A DNA stretch of 25,743 nt, counting the filler, from Rozella allomycis CSF55 (lineage: Eukaryota), in the NCBI GenBank assembly GCA_000442015.1. It is 6 parts of 6 records of this genome, joined end to end, with 100 filler letters (N's around TTAATTAATTAA, not from the genome) between each part and the next. Parts side by side here need not be neighbours in the genome. Positions count along the whole stretch, not along the records: positions 6,637 to 11,201 come from KE561401.1; positions 11,302 to 14,924 come from KE561402.1; positions 15,025 to 16,780 come from KE561403.1; positions 16,881 to 24,176 come from KE561404.1; 2 more parts are not named here. One strand, 5' to 3'. Below are positions 10,243 through 20,639 of the stretch, piece after piece; position 1 is the stretch's first letter; the number at the start of each line of letters is the position of its first letter. The position numbers and the translations under genes are program-made. The notes under the pieces were generated by a model that did not search any database, had not been told where the DNA came from, and saw only the letters and a program-made list of their open reading frames with translations.

Positions 10243-11055
10243 TTAATTTACTAAAGTATGCAAAGAAGATGTGGGACTCTCATTGACTTTCTTTAATGCA
10301 TTCCAAAAATAGTTTGTTTTATCTAAGTCATCAATTTCTGACAATTCAATATCAGAGGAAACGGAAATTAAGTTCTTTTCATCGTCAATTCTTTCGTATT
10401 TTTGAAAGAGCTCACAATATTTTCGTTGCATTTTGTCTCCCACCCCAAAAAGCCCGGTCACAAATTTGCATAAATCTTTATAAAATATTAAGTAATCCAT
10501 ATCAGCATTTGAATTTGTAAGCTCAGTGGCAGAACCATAACTTATTAAGCTCGCCCTCGTCCCAGTCATTGAAGTAGATATAAAATTCCGTAGGCGAGGG
10601 TTATTGTGACTGATATTTAATTTATGAACTCTCTGTAATTCTTTTAAAGCTGCTTCTATGATTATTGTCACGATAAATCTTGACCATTTCTTAGAAACAT
10701 AGGTATTAGCTTTCAAATCATTCAAAATTTCGTCATAACTTTTTCCATTTAGTTTTTTCATTAAAATTGATTGATCTTGATCATTTGAGTCAACGACAAG
10801 TCCAGCAATTTTACCAAAGTAAACTTCATTATCAAACTTCGCTCTTTGACATTTCTTGAACTTTAAAACATAAGTCTTTTTTTCTTTTGCGTCTTTTACT
10901 TTATAAACGGTAGATTTTCCTGGATGGTTAAGCTTATATTGAATGTCCAGTAACCTGTGCGCAACATCCCCAGTGAAGTGGTGTAAGTTCCTTTTACGCG
11001 AAAAACTTGCTAAACATACAACAAACAAATACAGCAATATAATCACTTTCATCAT
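10243..11055 (-). CDS. Secreted protein-kinase-like protein, predicted pseudokinase, intronless
   Basis: Signal peptide MMKVIILLYLFVVCLAS; STVYKV, YVLK (beta3 Lys), DNEV (alphaC Glu), ILMKKLNG, then LQRVHKLNISHNNPRLRNFI (catalytic loop) and LISYGSA (DFG position). Confidence 0.75.
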   Translation of the reverse strand: MMKVIILLYLFVVCLASFSRKRNLHHFTGDVAHRLLDIQYKLNHPGKSTVYKVKDAKEKKTYVLKFKKCQRAKFDNEVYFGKIAGLVVDSNDQDQSILMKKLNGKSYDEILNDLKANTYVSKKWSRFIVTIIIEAALKELQRVHKLNISHNNPRLRNFISTSMTGTRASLISYGSATELTNSNADMDYLIFYKDLCKFVTGLFGVGDKMQRKYCELFQKYERIDDEKNLISVSSDIELSEIDDLDKTNYFWNALKKVNESPTSSLHTLVN

Positions 11056-11201
11056 CGTAGATCTTTTCAGGCACCGAAAAATTTCGTGGAATTTTGAAAT
11101 TCTCAGGAGCTAAAAATAGGTCTTGGCTCAAAATAAATTCATATGCAACATTACCCCTAACATGTTTTGGAGTTTTAGCAACGTCACTTTATTGCTTCTA
11201 G

Positions 11202-11301
11202 NNNNNNNNNNNNNNNNNNNNNNNNNNNNNNNNNNNNNNNNNNNNTTAATTAATTAANNNNNNNNNNNNNNNNNNNNNNNNNNNNNNNNNNNNNNNNNNN
11301 N
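11202..11301. other. Artificial contig spacer
   Basis: N44-TTAATTAATTAA-N44. Confidence 0.97.
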
Positions 11302-13165
11302 GTATGGAGGCATCAATAGCGCCCATATTTAAAGGAACTCAAGAGCTAAATATAATTGCTAAAAGTAGTTACAAACAAATGAAATTATAGATATCGACAT
11401 GACTTTGGAGGTTATGGAGCGAGTTATTAAGCATATTGATTCTATACCAGAAGAAGAAATGTTCATTAATAAAGGGTAAATATTCAATTGAATTTTTACA
11501 GGCCGACTCAGGAGAATTTAGATGCTTATATCTCGTCAATGAAAAAGATTGATAATTCTATTCAAGAACTTTTGCAGTTAAACTTGAAGAGTGTAGAAAA
11601 GAGCATTATCCAACTAGTAAAACAATTAATTGGTTTTATCAGCGTGCGTTGTATAAAAAAGCAAACAGCAAGCTTGAAGCAATGTTTCGCACATTGTTAT
11701 CGATTAATTCGAATATCATTGACCCTGTGACCACTATAAAGCAGAAAGGTATATCAAGTATATTACTTAAATAGGCATTAATGGTTTGAAAATAAAAGAA
11801 GACATCTTAAAAATACTGAAAGTTTTAACGTCCATTCTTGCTGAGGGTAAAGATAAGACAGGGTCAAATCAATTTAACGAAATTTTCATAGAGATTAGAT
11901 CTTTTTACCTTGTAAAGTCTCTTTATAATTCTTCTCAATCTTGTCTGTTGAATACAACAAAAAGAATTTCACTGGATAAGTTTTCTCATCCATTCTCAAC
12001 ATTCACTGATTGCACTTTATCTCTTATCAAGGTTATTTAAACTATTAACCCTGTATGTAGGTAGAATACGAGCTTATACAATTCCTGTTCAAAGACAATC
12101 CAAACTCAATTCTTCAACGGTCTATGAAAGCTTCAATGGATATGTTTAAACATACTGTCGACTCATTAACTACTGAAAAGAAGACTTCCTTTGCAAATGA
12201 CTATTCTGAAATGATACTGTTATTAGACTTCTGTGGTTACCTTTCTAATACCCTTCAAAAATCTGATAAGGATCTCATTCAATTAACCAATTTGGAAAAA
12301 ATACACTCTGACTTGCTTAAAGGATCATCATCGCTGATACCCGAATTTTTGGAATCTATAAAAGTCTATTCCGCAAAGAATCCTACCTTGGCTCAATCAG
12401 CAACAGTTCATGAAGTTTCCAGCAATGTATGTCCTTCATTGAAATTGTATTAGACTATTAATTTCTTGAAGCGCCTTTCTGATTACGAAAAGGAAATGGA
12501 AATCGTCCTGTCTAATTACAAGCAAGGGTTCTCAATGAATGTATTTTTGGAGAGTACATTGGAATGCTTACAGGCGAGCATTGATCATCGTTCTAAAAAT
12601 TACAAAAAGCAGGTTCAAATAATTATATTTAAGCTAAATAATTTTCATTACATTCATAAAAACTTGAAAACACAATTCTTATCTAATCATGTATCGGTCA
12701 AATTGATTGACAAATTTAATGAATTGCAAAAGTCTCAAAGAGATCTTTACCTTTTAGTGTAACGAAATTTTATTGTAACGATAATAGATGGAAACCTGTC
12801 ATAGAAAATTGCAACAACCTTTCCATGACAAAAATATCTTCGAAGTCTGACAAATTAGCTGTAAAAGAAATGTTCAAGGTAAGAATTACTCATTAAACAC
12901 ATAGGGATTTTACAACGACTTGGAAGAGAGTATCAAAGTTCAAAGGTCTCTGTCCATTCCTGACACTGACCTAAAATTTCAATTGATACGGGAAGTTAAA
13001 GAAATGGTTATTCCAAAGTTTATGACATTTTGCGAAACGTATTGTGTTACTTTGTTTCGTAATGTTAGATATAGATATGTTCCATTCACTAAAAAAACTC
13101 AGAAATACTTTAGATATGATTCAGAAACATTGGATGCCATTCTTGGGCGCCTTTTTGAAGCCTGA
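11302..13165 (+). CDS. EXO70: Exocyst subunit Exo70, copy 1, 5'-truncated
   Basis: The spliced product includes ATVHEVSSN, IFKLNNFHYI, WKPV, KEMFKGFYNDLEE, SIPDTDLK and FTKKTQKYFRY..LGRLF. Introns: 11365-11390, 11476-11501, 11617-11642, 11749-11774, 12032-12060, 12427-12453, 12759-12787, 12879-12904, 13039-13068. Confidence 0.93.
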
Positions 13166-13234
13166 TTTCTATTGTGATCGTCTCGTCTCATCTTATCTAT
13201 GACATAAATATGCTTATTGCTCAAAAAGACGTAT

Positions 13235-13360
13235 TTATTTTAATGATCTCCTGCCACTCGAACAACAATGCCTTTCGGCTTCCAGTTCAGCTCGATTTAC
13301 ATTGAAGCTATCTTCATCATTTGCGCCTTGAATTAATGCCATCAATTCCTTCTTTAATCC
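13235..13360 (-). CDS. 3' end of an unidentified gene convergent with Exo70 (mirrored on + at 13363-13437)
   Basis: Open frame GLKKELMALIQGANDEDSFNVNRAELEAERHCCSSGRRSLK*, conserved in the mirror arm (SYNVKRAELEAERHCCSSGRRSLK*) and cut at the N. Confidence 0.5.
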   Translation of the reverse strand, partial: GLKKELMALIQGANDEDSFNVNRAELEAERHCCSSGRRSLK

Positions 13361-13506
13361 NCAGCTACAATGTAAAGCGAGCTGAATTGGAAGCCGAAAG
13401 GCATTGTTGTTCGAGTGGCAGGAGATCATTAAAATAAATACCTCTTTTTGAGCAATTAAAATATTTATTTCATAGATAAGATGAGACGAGACGATCATAA
13501 TAGAAA

Positions 13507-14924
13507 TCAGGCCTCAAAAAGGCGCCCAAGAATGGCATCTAGTGTTTCGGAATCATATCTAAAGTATTTCTGAGTTTTTTTAGTGAATGGAACATATCTA
13601 TATCTAAAATTACGAAACAAAGAAACAAAATACGTTTCTATAAATGCCATAAATTTTGGAATAACCATTTCTTTAACTTCCCGTATCAATTGAAATTTTA
13701 GGTCAGTGTCAGGAATGGACAGAGACCTTTGAACTTTGATACTCTCTTCCAAGTCGTTGTAAAATCCCTATGTGTTTAAAGAGTAATTCTTACCTTGAAC
13801 ATTTCTTTTACAGCCATTTTGTCAGATTTCGAAAATATTTTTGTCATGGAAAGATTGTTGCAATTTTCTATGACAGGTTTCCATCTTTTATCGTTACAAT
13901 AAAATTTCGTTACACTAAAAGGTAAAGATCTCTTTGAGACTTTTGCAATTCATTAAATTTGTCAATCAATTTGACCGATACATGATTAGATAAGAATTGT
14001 GTTTTCAAGTTTTTATGAATGTAATGAAAATTATTTAGCTTAAATATAATTATTTGAACCTGCTTTTTGTAATTTTTAGAACGATGATCAATGCTCGCCT
14101 GTAAGCATTCCAATGTACTCTCCAAAAATACATTCATTGAGAACCCTTGCTTGTAATTAGACAGGACGATTTCCATTTCCTTTTCGTAATCAGAAAGGCG
14201 CTTCAAGAAATTAATAGTCTAATACAATTTCAATGAAGGACATACATTGCTGGAAACTTCATGAACTGTTGCTGATTGAGCCAAGGTAGGATTCTTTGCG
14301 GAATAGACTTTTATAGATTCCAAAAATTCGGGTATCAGTGATGATGATCCTTTAAGCAATTCAGAATGTATTTTTTCCAAATTGGTTAATTGGATGAGAT
14401 CCTTATCAGATTTTTGAAGGGTATTAGAAAGGTAGCCACAGAAGTCTAATAATAGTATCATTTCAGAATAGTCATTTGCAAAGGAAGTCTTCTTTTCAGT
14501 AGTTAATGAGTCGACAGTATGTTTAAACATATCCATTGAAGCTTTCATAGACCGTTGAAGAATTGAGTTTGGATTGTCTTTGAACAGGAATTGTATAAGC
14601 TCGTATTCAACCTACATATAGGGTTAATAGTTTAAATAACCTTCATTAGAGATAAAGTGCAATCAGTAAATGTTGAGAATGGATGAGAAAATTTATCTAG
14701 TGAAATTCTTTTTGTTGTATTCAATAGACAAGATTGTGAAGAATTATAAAGAGACTTTACAAGGTAAAAAGATCTAATCTCTATGAAAATTTCGTTAAAT
14801 TGATTTGACCCTGTTTTATCTTTACCCTCAGCAAGAATGAACGTTAAAACTTTCAGTATTTTTAAGATATCTTCTTTTATTTTTAAACCATTAATGCCTA
14901 TTTAATTAATATACTTGAAATACC
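13507..14924 (-). CDS. EXO70: Exo70 copy 2 (allele or recent paralog), 5'-truncated by the spacer
   Basis: Reverse-complement match to 11748-13165 with the same intron positions and a few amino-acid changes (HSDLL/HSELL, MTFCET/MAFIET). Confidence 0.88.
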
Positions 14925-15024
14925 NNNNNNNNNNNNNNNNNNNNNNNNNNNNNNNNNNNNNNNNNNNNTTAATTAATTAANNNNNNNNNNNNNNNNNNNN
15001 NNNNNNNNNNNNNNNNNNNNNNNN
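14925..15024. other. Artificial contig spacer
   Basis: N44-TTAATTAATTAA-N44. Confidence 0.97.
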
Positions 15025-15497
15025 GAAGTGATTGGAGGATAAGGTGGATAAGAATGGTGATGATTTTCATTCAACTCGACACTCTTTCTTACTTGCATGT
15101 TGGAGATGCTGGAATACAGAGATTCTCTTCTTCTTTCATTAGATCTTGAGTAAATCATCTTGGCCTTGTTAGCTTTGTATTCATAATGAAGATTTGCGGC
15201 TCTTGCAAAAAAAGAAAACACAAAGAACATTGGCATAAAGAACGATTGAGCCCACAGAAGAAGAAAGCATGGATAATGGCCCTCGTATATATGTGAAGTG
15301 ATTTGCACCACGATTAGATACATTGAACACAGCGATCCGAGCACTGAGAGCGTGACAGCACGTTTCTGTATGAAATAGTGTTTTCTATTGAGTAAATACA
15401 ATACTATTGCACTCATGGCATATAAAATATACAAAATAAGAAACGCCAAGATAGATTTCACTACCACTGGAGAAAGTTGAAGTACTTTTTGTGGCAT
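15025..15497 (-). CDS. Multi-pass membrane protein, N-terminal part of a GprK/7TM-RGS-like receptor, 3'-truncated
   Basis: Three hydrophobic helices with NRKHYFIQKRA after TM1, YPCFLLLW before TM3 and ARAANL after TM3, a pattern typical of fungal 7TM-RGS receptors. No RGS domain is visible because of the truncation. Confidence 0.6.
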
Positions 15498-15636
15498 GGT
15501 GGTGGCTTATAAGCATGGTCATGTCGCCTTTTAATTTATTTGATAAGGCAAAAAATCATGTCAATTTTAACATAATTGACTAAATAAAAATCCATTTTGC
15601 AAAACCTTCAAAATTACTTTGGTTGGCAAGGTTTGG

Positions 15637-15806
15637 TTTAATGACCAAATGTGTATTTATAGGCCTGTTCTAATAATAGCGCAATTCTATTTTTATATTC
15701 TATCACATCACGTGTTTNAGTTGACTTTAATGACCAAATGAATATTTATAGGCCCTTTCTAATAATAGCGCAATTCTATTTTTATATTCTATCACATCAC
15801 GTGTTT
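15637..15806 (+). repeat. About 81-bp tandem duplication around N at 15718 (likely allelic overlap)
   Basis: tttaatgaccaaatg...tcacatcacgtgttt occurs at 15637 and 15726. Confidence 0.85.
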
Positions 15807-15861
15807 TCAAGATTTAAGGGCAATCTAGGATGCCAATACGATTGAAGACCCTGGTCAAATT

Positions 15862-16780
15862 ATGATGGTGTCAACAACTGCTAGCAATAATATCAAGGAC
15901 CAAAAGAGTACTTCAGAAATGCAAGTTGATAAAACTCCCGCAGAAGTGCAAAAAACTGCTGTTGCTGGTATGGATTATTTTCGTATTGTATAAGATATAA
16001 AGCTAGCTGCAGGAATGGTCGCAAAAGGTGTTAACAATAATGAAAAAAGATTTATAACTAGAGTTGTTAGGGGTGTAAATGCTTTAAAGAAAAGACTAAA
16101 TGGTGAAATAGTTTGTTTAGCCATGCAAGGATTGGTTAGCAAAAGTAAAATAGGAATAAATAAAAGATAGGTTCAGGTGTAAGAAAGAATATTGAAGGAA
16201 TATTTGGCTTTAAGAGTGAAGAAATGGAAGTTGACAAGAATGAGCAGAGTATACCCGAAGTAGAATANAGATTAAATAAAGGATAGGTTCAGGTGTAAGA
16301 AAGAGTATTGAAGGAATATTTGGCTTTAAGAGCGAAGAAATGGAAGTTGACAAGAATGAGCAGAGTATACCCGAAGTAGAATATTATTTTGGACTTTTGG
16401 CTCTTGTTCATTTGATAGAATCTAAAAGACTGGAGGATGCTGCAAATTTTGTGAACATGCTAGTTGGGAACCTTCAAAAAACTGATCGCCGTAGTTTAGA
16501 TCAAATTGCNCTATTTTGGACTTTTGGCTCTTGTTAATTTGATAGAATCTAAAAGGCTTGAAGAAGCTGCAAATTTTGTGAACATTCTAGTTGGGAACCT
16601 TCAAAAAACTGATCGCCGTAGTTTAGATCAAATTGCAGCAAAGATTTACTTTTATTATGGAAGAATTTTCGAGCTGAAAAATTCAGGAGAAGAAATTAGA
16701 GGGTAGATTTTAATGTTGTAGTTTAGTAGAACTTTGTTGAAGGCTTTAAGAACGGCCACGCTAAAAAAGGATGAAGAAAC
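15862..16780 (+). CDS. RPN3: 26S proteasome lid subunit Rpn3/PSMD3, 3'-truncated, with two artefactual internal duplications
   Basis: EKRFITRVVR, PEVEYYFGLL, DRRSLDQIAAKIYFYYGRIFE and LLKALRTATLKKDEE. Introns 15968-15994, 16145-16170 and 16703-16729. Duplicated blocks 16157-16267/16273-16383 and 16385-16509/16512-16636 flank single Ns. Confidence 0.93.
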
Positions 16781-16880
16781 NNNNNNNNNNNNNNNNNNNN
16801 NNNNNNNNNNNNNNNNNNNNNNNNTTAATTAATTAANNNNNNNNNNNNNNNNNNNNNNNNNNNNNNNNNNNNNNNNNNNN
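16781..16880. other. Artificial contig spacer
   Basis: N44-TTAATTAATTAA-N44. Confidence 0.97.
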
Positions 16881-16925
16881 CAATTGTGAGAACAGAACAA
16901 CTAGAATGATTAACATTTTTATTGA

Positions 16926-18726
16926 TTAATATTTTTCATTGTTTTCCCTTCCGTATGAACGTGGTGTTTTATTGTTTTGATCATTATTTCTTGTTTTATT
17001 CATCATATGCCTTTGGTTTAATGAATTGCGATAAATTTTTGTTGTTCTCTTTAATGGAACTTGTTTTAAGAGTTCTTCTTCAACAAATTCATCAATTTCA
17101 TTAACAGACGAGGGTTCAGACTTTTCGTTTTCCATGATAAGATCTTGCAACTCTTGGCGAGACTTTGGAGGATTGATTTTCATTGTCATATTGATAAACT
17201 ATTAATAAAACAAGAAATAATTACTTGTTCTTGTACTGGATCTACTTTGGTGACATCTTTGTCGTATTCAACAAAATTGAATTCAATGTCATTTACTGTT
17301 TTTAATGTTCTTTGTAAATCAACAATTTCTTTGGCATTCTTTGGAATCAAAATGACTTGGCCATTCTTGTCCATTCTGCCAACTCGTCCACAAATATGAA
17401 TGTAGGATGTGGCAAGCGATGGACTACCAACGACAATTACAAGATCAAGTGATGGCAAATCAATCCCCCTGACTTCAGATTCTGAACAAAGTATAATTGA
17501 TTGACTTAATCTGTCATTTTTAATATCTTGAAGAAACCCATTTGATATTCCAAGCTTCTTAAGTTTGGATGAAAGTTCAGCCCCTTTAATATCAGGCATT
17601 GTAACAATCAAAGCAGAAACTTTTTGAAGATTTTTTAAAATATTTGAAATCTTTATTGGAATTTGTTCCATCCAATCTTCTGGGGTTTCCTCTTTCATCG
17701 CGCTGGTCAAAATTGAATGTTCAATCTGTACAGGTGGTTTATTTCCATCGCCAACATTAATAAACATCGCCCTTTCAAAAAATCCTAAATCCCTCAATTT
17801 ATTCCTTGTTGGTTGCGTCAGTGTCGCTGAACACGCAATAATCTGAAGTGGATTCTTTCTATGCATAACTTCCTTTATTTTGTTCAAAAGCAACATTGTA
17901 GGTGGTGGGTGTCTCTCTTGGGCCTCAACTCTCCTTTCACGTGCACCCGAATTAAGGGCTTGAATCAAACTGTCACTTTCATCCAAAACAAGCGTTCTTA
18001 AATAAAATAAATCTATCGTCTTCTTATTAATTTCTTCCAATATTCTCTTGGGAGTTCCAATGATTAGTTTAGGAAATGTTGTCTCTCCTTTCCGCTTAAA
18101 TAATCTGAAATCAGATGCATCGTCATTATGCATTGGACCAGCAAGCAACCTAACACTATTCTGGAATTCCACTGTATGTTCAGGCAAGTTCATTATCCTC
18201 TTGCACCACATATACACTTGATTTGCCAATGGAATATTCGGCACAACAAATAACTGTCTTGTACACGACCCAAGCTTTTCATCTTTTCCATAATTCATAC
18301 TCAGCAATGCCAAAATTATACCAAATGTTTTGCCTGATCCTGTTTGGCATCGAATCAGTACATCTCTCTTTGCCAACATATAGTTAATTGTTTCGGATTG
18401 CACTACAGTTGGTTCTTTAATACCAAATGCAGCAATTTTATCAATCAAATTCTTCTTTAATCCCAGGTCATGGAATGTCGGTGTAATAATCAACTCTTCT
18501 CCCTTTCTTATGATCAAAATTATATTACCTCCACACTAGAAAGTCCTTCTACTTGTTTTTCAAAATCAAGTTCCTTTTTTGGAAAAAAGTTGGACTGCAA
18601 TCTTCTATTAACACTGAATAAGTATGTATCATCTTCTCGATTTGTTGAAAATGTTCTAAAAGCAGATATCAACTCAATTGTTTGAAATTTAGAGGTAATA
18701 TTAATCAGTCTCCTACAAAGTAACAT
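16926..18726 (-). CDS. DEAD-box-like RNA helicase (DESD variant), probably mitochondrial
   Basis: Introns 18503-18528 and 17199-17224 (both 26 nt) join three ORFs. Motifs: Q FGIKEPTVVQ, I CQTGSGKT, Ia PNIPLA, Ib GTPKR, II LDESD, III SAT, V RGID, VI HICGRVGR. The N-terminus MLLCRRLINITSKF looks like a presequence. Confidence 0.9.
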
Positions 18727-18899
18727 TACTTGAGGCTTGTATCCTGATTTTTCCCAATCAGGAAATTCAAAGGCTAAAATTCAAAAAGAGAAAACAATTC
18801 ATGAATGTCAATGGAAGGAGAGACCCCGATGTATGTCACCTAATTCCAATTAGTCATTGCGTTTTGTACAGGTAGGTCTGTGGATTTAGCATATAACAA

Positions 18900-18973
18900 G
18901 GTCCTGTGGCCAAATTGGATAAGGCGCCTGACTACGGATCAGGCGATTGCACGTTCGAGTCGTGCCAGGATCG
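18900..18973 (+). tRNA. tRNA-Arg(ACG)
   Basis: Acceptor stem GGTCCTG/CAGGATC, anticodon arm CCTGA-CT ACG GA-TCAGG, T-arm GCACG-TTCGAGT-CGTGC, followed by a T7 Pol III terminator. Confidence 0.96.
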
Positions 18974-19094
18974 ATTTTTTTAGGAACTATCTATTTTTTG
19001 GTTATGGACATTGCATAAAAAGTGAGATATTATTTAGTCGTAAGGTTTCAGAAAAAATCAGATTTAAATAAATATTCAGTCCAAGCCACGTCTG

Positions 19095-20639
19095 ATGGGA
19101 AGAAATGCAGTATTTTCTATTTTCATCGGGACGACTGTAGTAATACTTGCAATAATCTTAACAGTCGCTCTTTATCCATTTGGTTCTCGAAAAGACGCCC
19201 AGCCTCTTCCGATGGTAGGTTTACCTGCGAGAAAGAAAATCGACAGTAGAGTCACTATTAAACTAATGTTCCCGATAAATTACGATGAAAAATGCAAATC
19301 TGTATCCGAAGAGACTTTTGAATTTAGTGTAGAAGGCTTTAATTTGGATAAAGAAGGTCCAAGTTTGATTCATTTGCTTGGCGGTCCTGGTGAATTTTTC
19401 AACAGTAGTAGTAACATAACATACTTATACTATGAAAAAATTCCTTCTTATATATTGAATTTTCGAGGATTAAATAATTCATCTGTCCCAACAGAGTACG
19501 TTGACACCCATCATGCAGCGTGTGATGTTATTTGGTTCGCCTATTGGCTTAAGTTGACTAGAAAAACGAAAATATTGCTGCATGGGCATTCATATGGTAC
19601 TTTTCTGGCTCAGAAAGTATTGTGTATTGATGATGCTCCGTTCGATAGAATTTTGCTTCAGGGAGTGATAGATCCAAGACTTGATGCATTTGAAAATGCT
19701 AGAGATTCCATCAATGTTTTATTTCAATTGGCTAGTGATTGTGAAAAATCTCACGTATGCTCAGATCATATACCAAATGCTACACAAATGATTTCTTTGG
19801 CTCAAAATGATGAATCGTTTGACTGGGGATATTTAAGCGTTCTTTATTCAAAGTTTTTCAATTATGAAAGCGATAATCTTAGAATGGCGGGAATAGATCG
19901 TAGAGTGTTATTTTTAGTAGTTTTCAAACGCTTTGTAGAATTAAGAGAATTTAAAGACAAAATAAGCTACAAACATATGATTTTTCGCTATCTTAGTTAT
20001 GTGGAATATATTATTTCAAAATTTTCAGACGATCGGTTTCTAGATGTTACTAATGTTGAATTTTACAGAGCATTAAAGATGGATAAAAGTGTGAAGCATA
20101 TTTTTTACAAGGATATGATGAAGCAAAATAATTCAGACATTCCCTTGTTCAGCCAGTTAAATAAAGAAAAAGCAGCGTACTTGAGGAATAAATATCGGTC
20201 GCATTTCCCTTTGAACGATTTCAGGCCATTCTTTTATAATGGAAAAAAGTTTGTGCTTGTAGTCAACGGGAAGATGGATTTTGAAACTCCATTTTCTAAT
20301 GCAGTCAACGTTCATGAGAATCTTCAAAATTCTAGCCTCATCCTTTTGCCGCTAACGGGACACAATCTTGTGCAATCAAGTTGTTATCGATTTATTTTTA
20401 AAATGTTCTCAGAAAACAATTATTTGCCAACAGAACTCGAATCTTGCATAACCGATAATTCACAAGAAAGCTTCCCTTGGGATTCAAATGCCTATGGGTT
20501 TGATATTTATAGATATCCCGACTTTGAATTCAATACCAAATCTTACATCGATAAAGTGACTGCGATTAAAAAGTTATTGAAACGCGAACTTATAAAGTCA
20601 TCATTTTTGGATTTCAATCAAAATCGAATTAAGGTTTAG
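19095..20639 (+). CDS. Membrane-anchored alpha/beta hydrolase (peptidase S33/TAP-like), intronless
   Basis: N-terminal TM helix; oxyanion GGPG; nucleophile elbow GHSYG; acid in NGKMDFETP; His in TGHN. Confidence 0.85.
   Translation: MGRNAVFSIFIGTTVVILAIILTVALYPFGSRKDAQPLPMVGLPARKKIDSRVTIKLMFPINYDEKCKSVSEETFEFSVEGFNLDKEGPSLIHLLGGPGEFFNSSSNITYLYYEKIPSYILNFRGLNNSSVPTEYVDTHHAACDVIWFAYWLKLTRKTKILLHGHSYGTFLAQKVLCIDDAPFDRILLQGVIDPRLDAFENARDSINVLFQLASDCEKSHVCSDHIPNATQMISLAQNDESFDWGYLSVLYSKFFNYESDNLRMAGIDRRVLFLVVFKRFVELREFKDKISYKHMIFRYLSYVEYIISKFSDDRFLDVTNVEFYRALKMDKSVKHIFYKDMMKQNNSDIPLFSQLNKEKAAYLRNKYRSHFPLNDFRPFFYNGKKFVLVVNGKMDFETPFSNAVNVHENLQNSSLILLPLTGHNLVQSSCYRFIFKMFSENNYLPTELESCITDNSQESFPWDSNAYGFDIYRYPDFEFNTKSYIDKVTAIKKLLKRELIKSSFLDFNQNRIKV

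Larger units (their letters stand above)
11748..14924. repeat. 1562-bp inverted repeat (arms 11748-13309 and 13363-14924) with N at 13361 in the spacer
   Basis: Paired coordinates sum to 26672 at the arm ends and the stop codons, so there is no net indel; scattered substitutions separate the arms. Confidence 0.95.

Noticed and set aside
13235..13498. 87-aa ORF spanning the palindrome centre
   Set aside because: It is a chimera across the N junction; only 13235-13360 looks coding.
15600..15865. Rpn3 regulatory signals: PACE-like GGTTGGCAAG, CACGTG E-box and a uORF at 15830-15865 overlapping the ATG
   Set aside because: The match to PACE (GGTGGCAAA) is imperfect, the double E-box arises from the artefactual duplication, and the TSS is unknown, so the uORF may not be transcribed.
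16157..16636. Exon duplication or alternative exons in Rpn3
   Set aside because: The duplicate boundaries coincide with single Ns and fall mid-exon, which points to assembly overlap.
18880..19071. ORF-track entry 18880-19071 (and 22486-22674) as proteins
   Set aside because: Both overlap tRNA genes and are chance ORFs.
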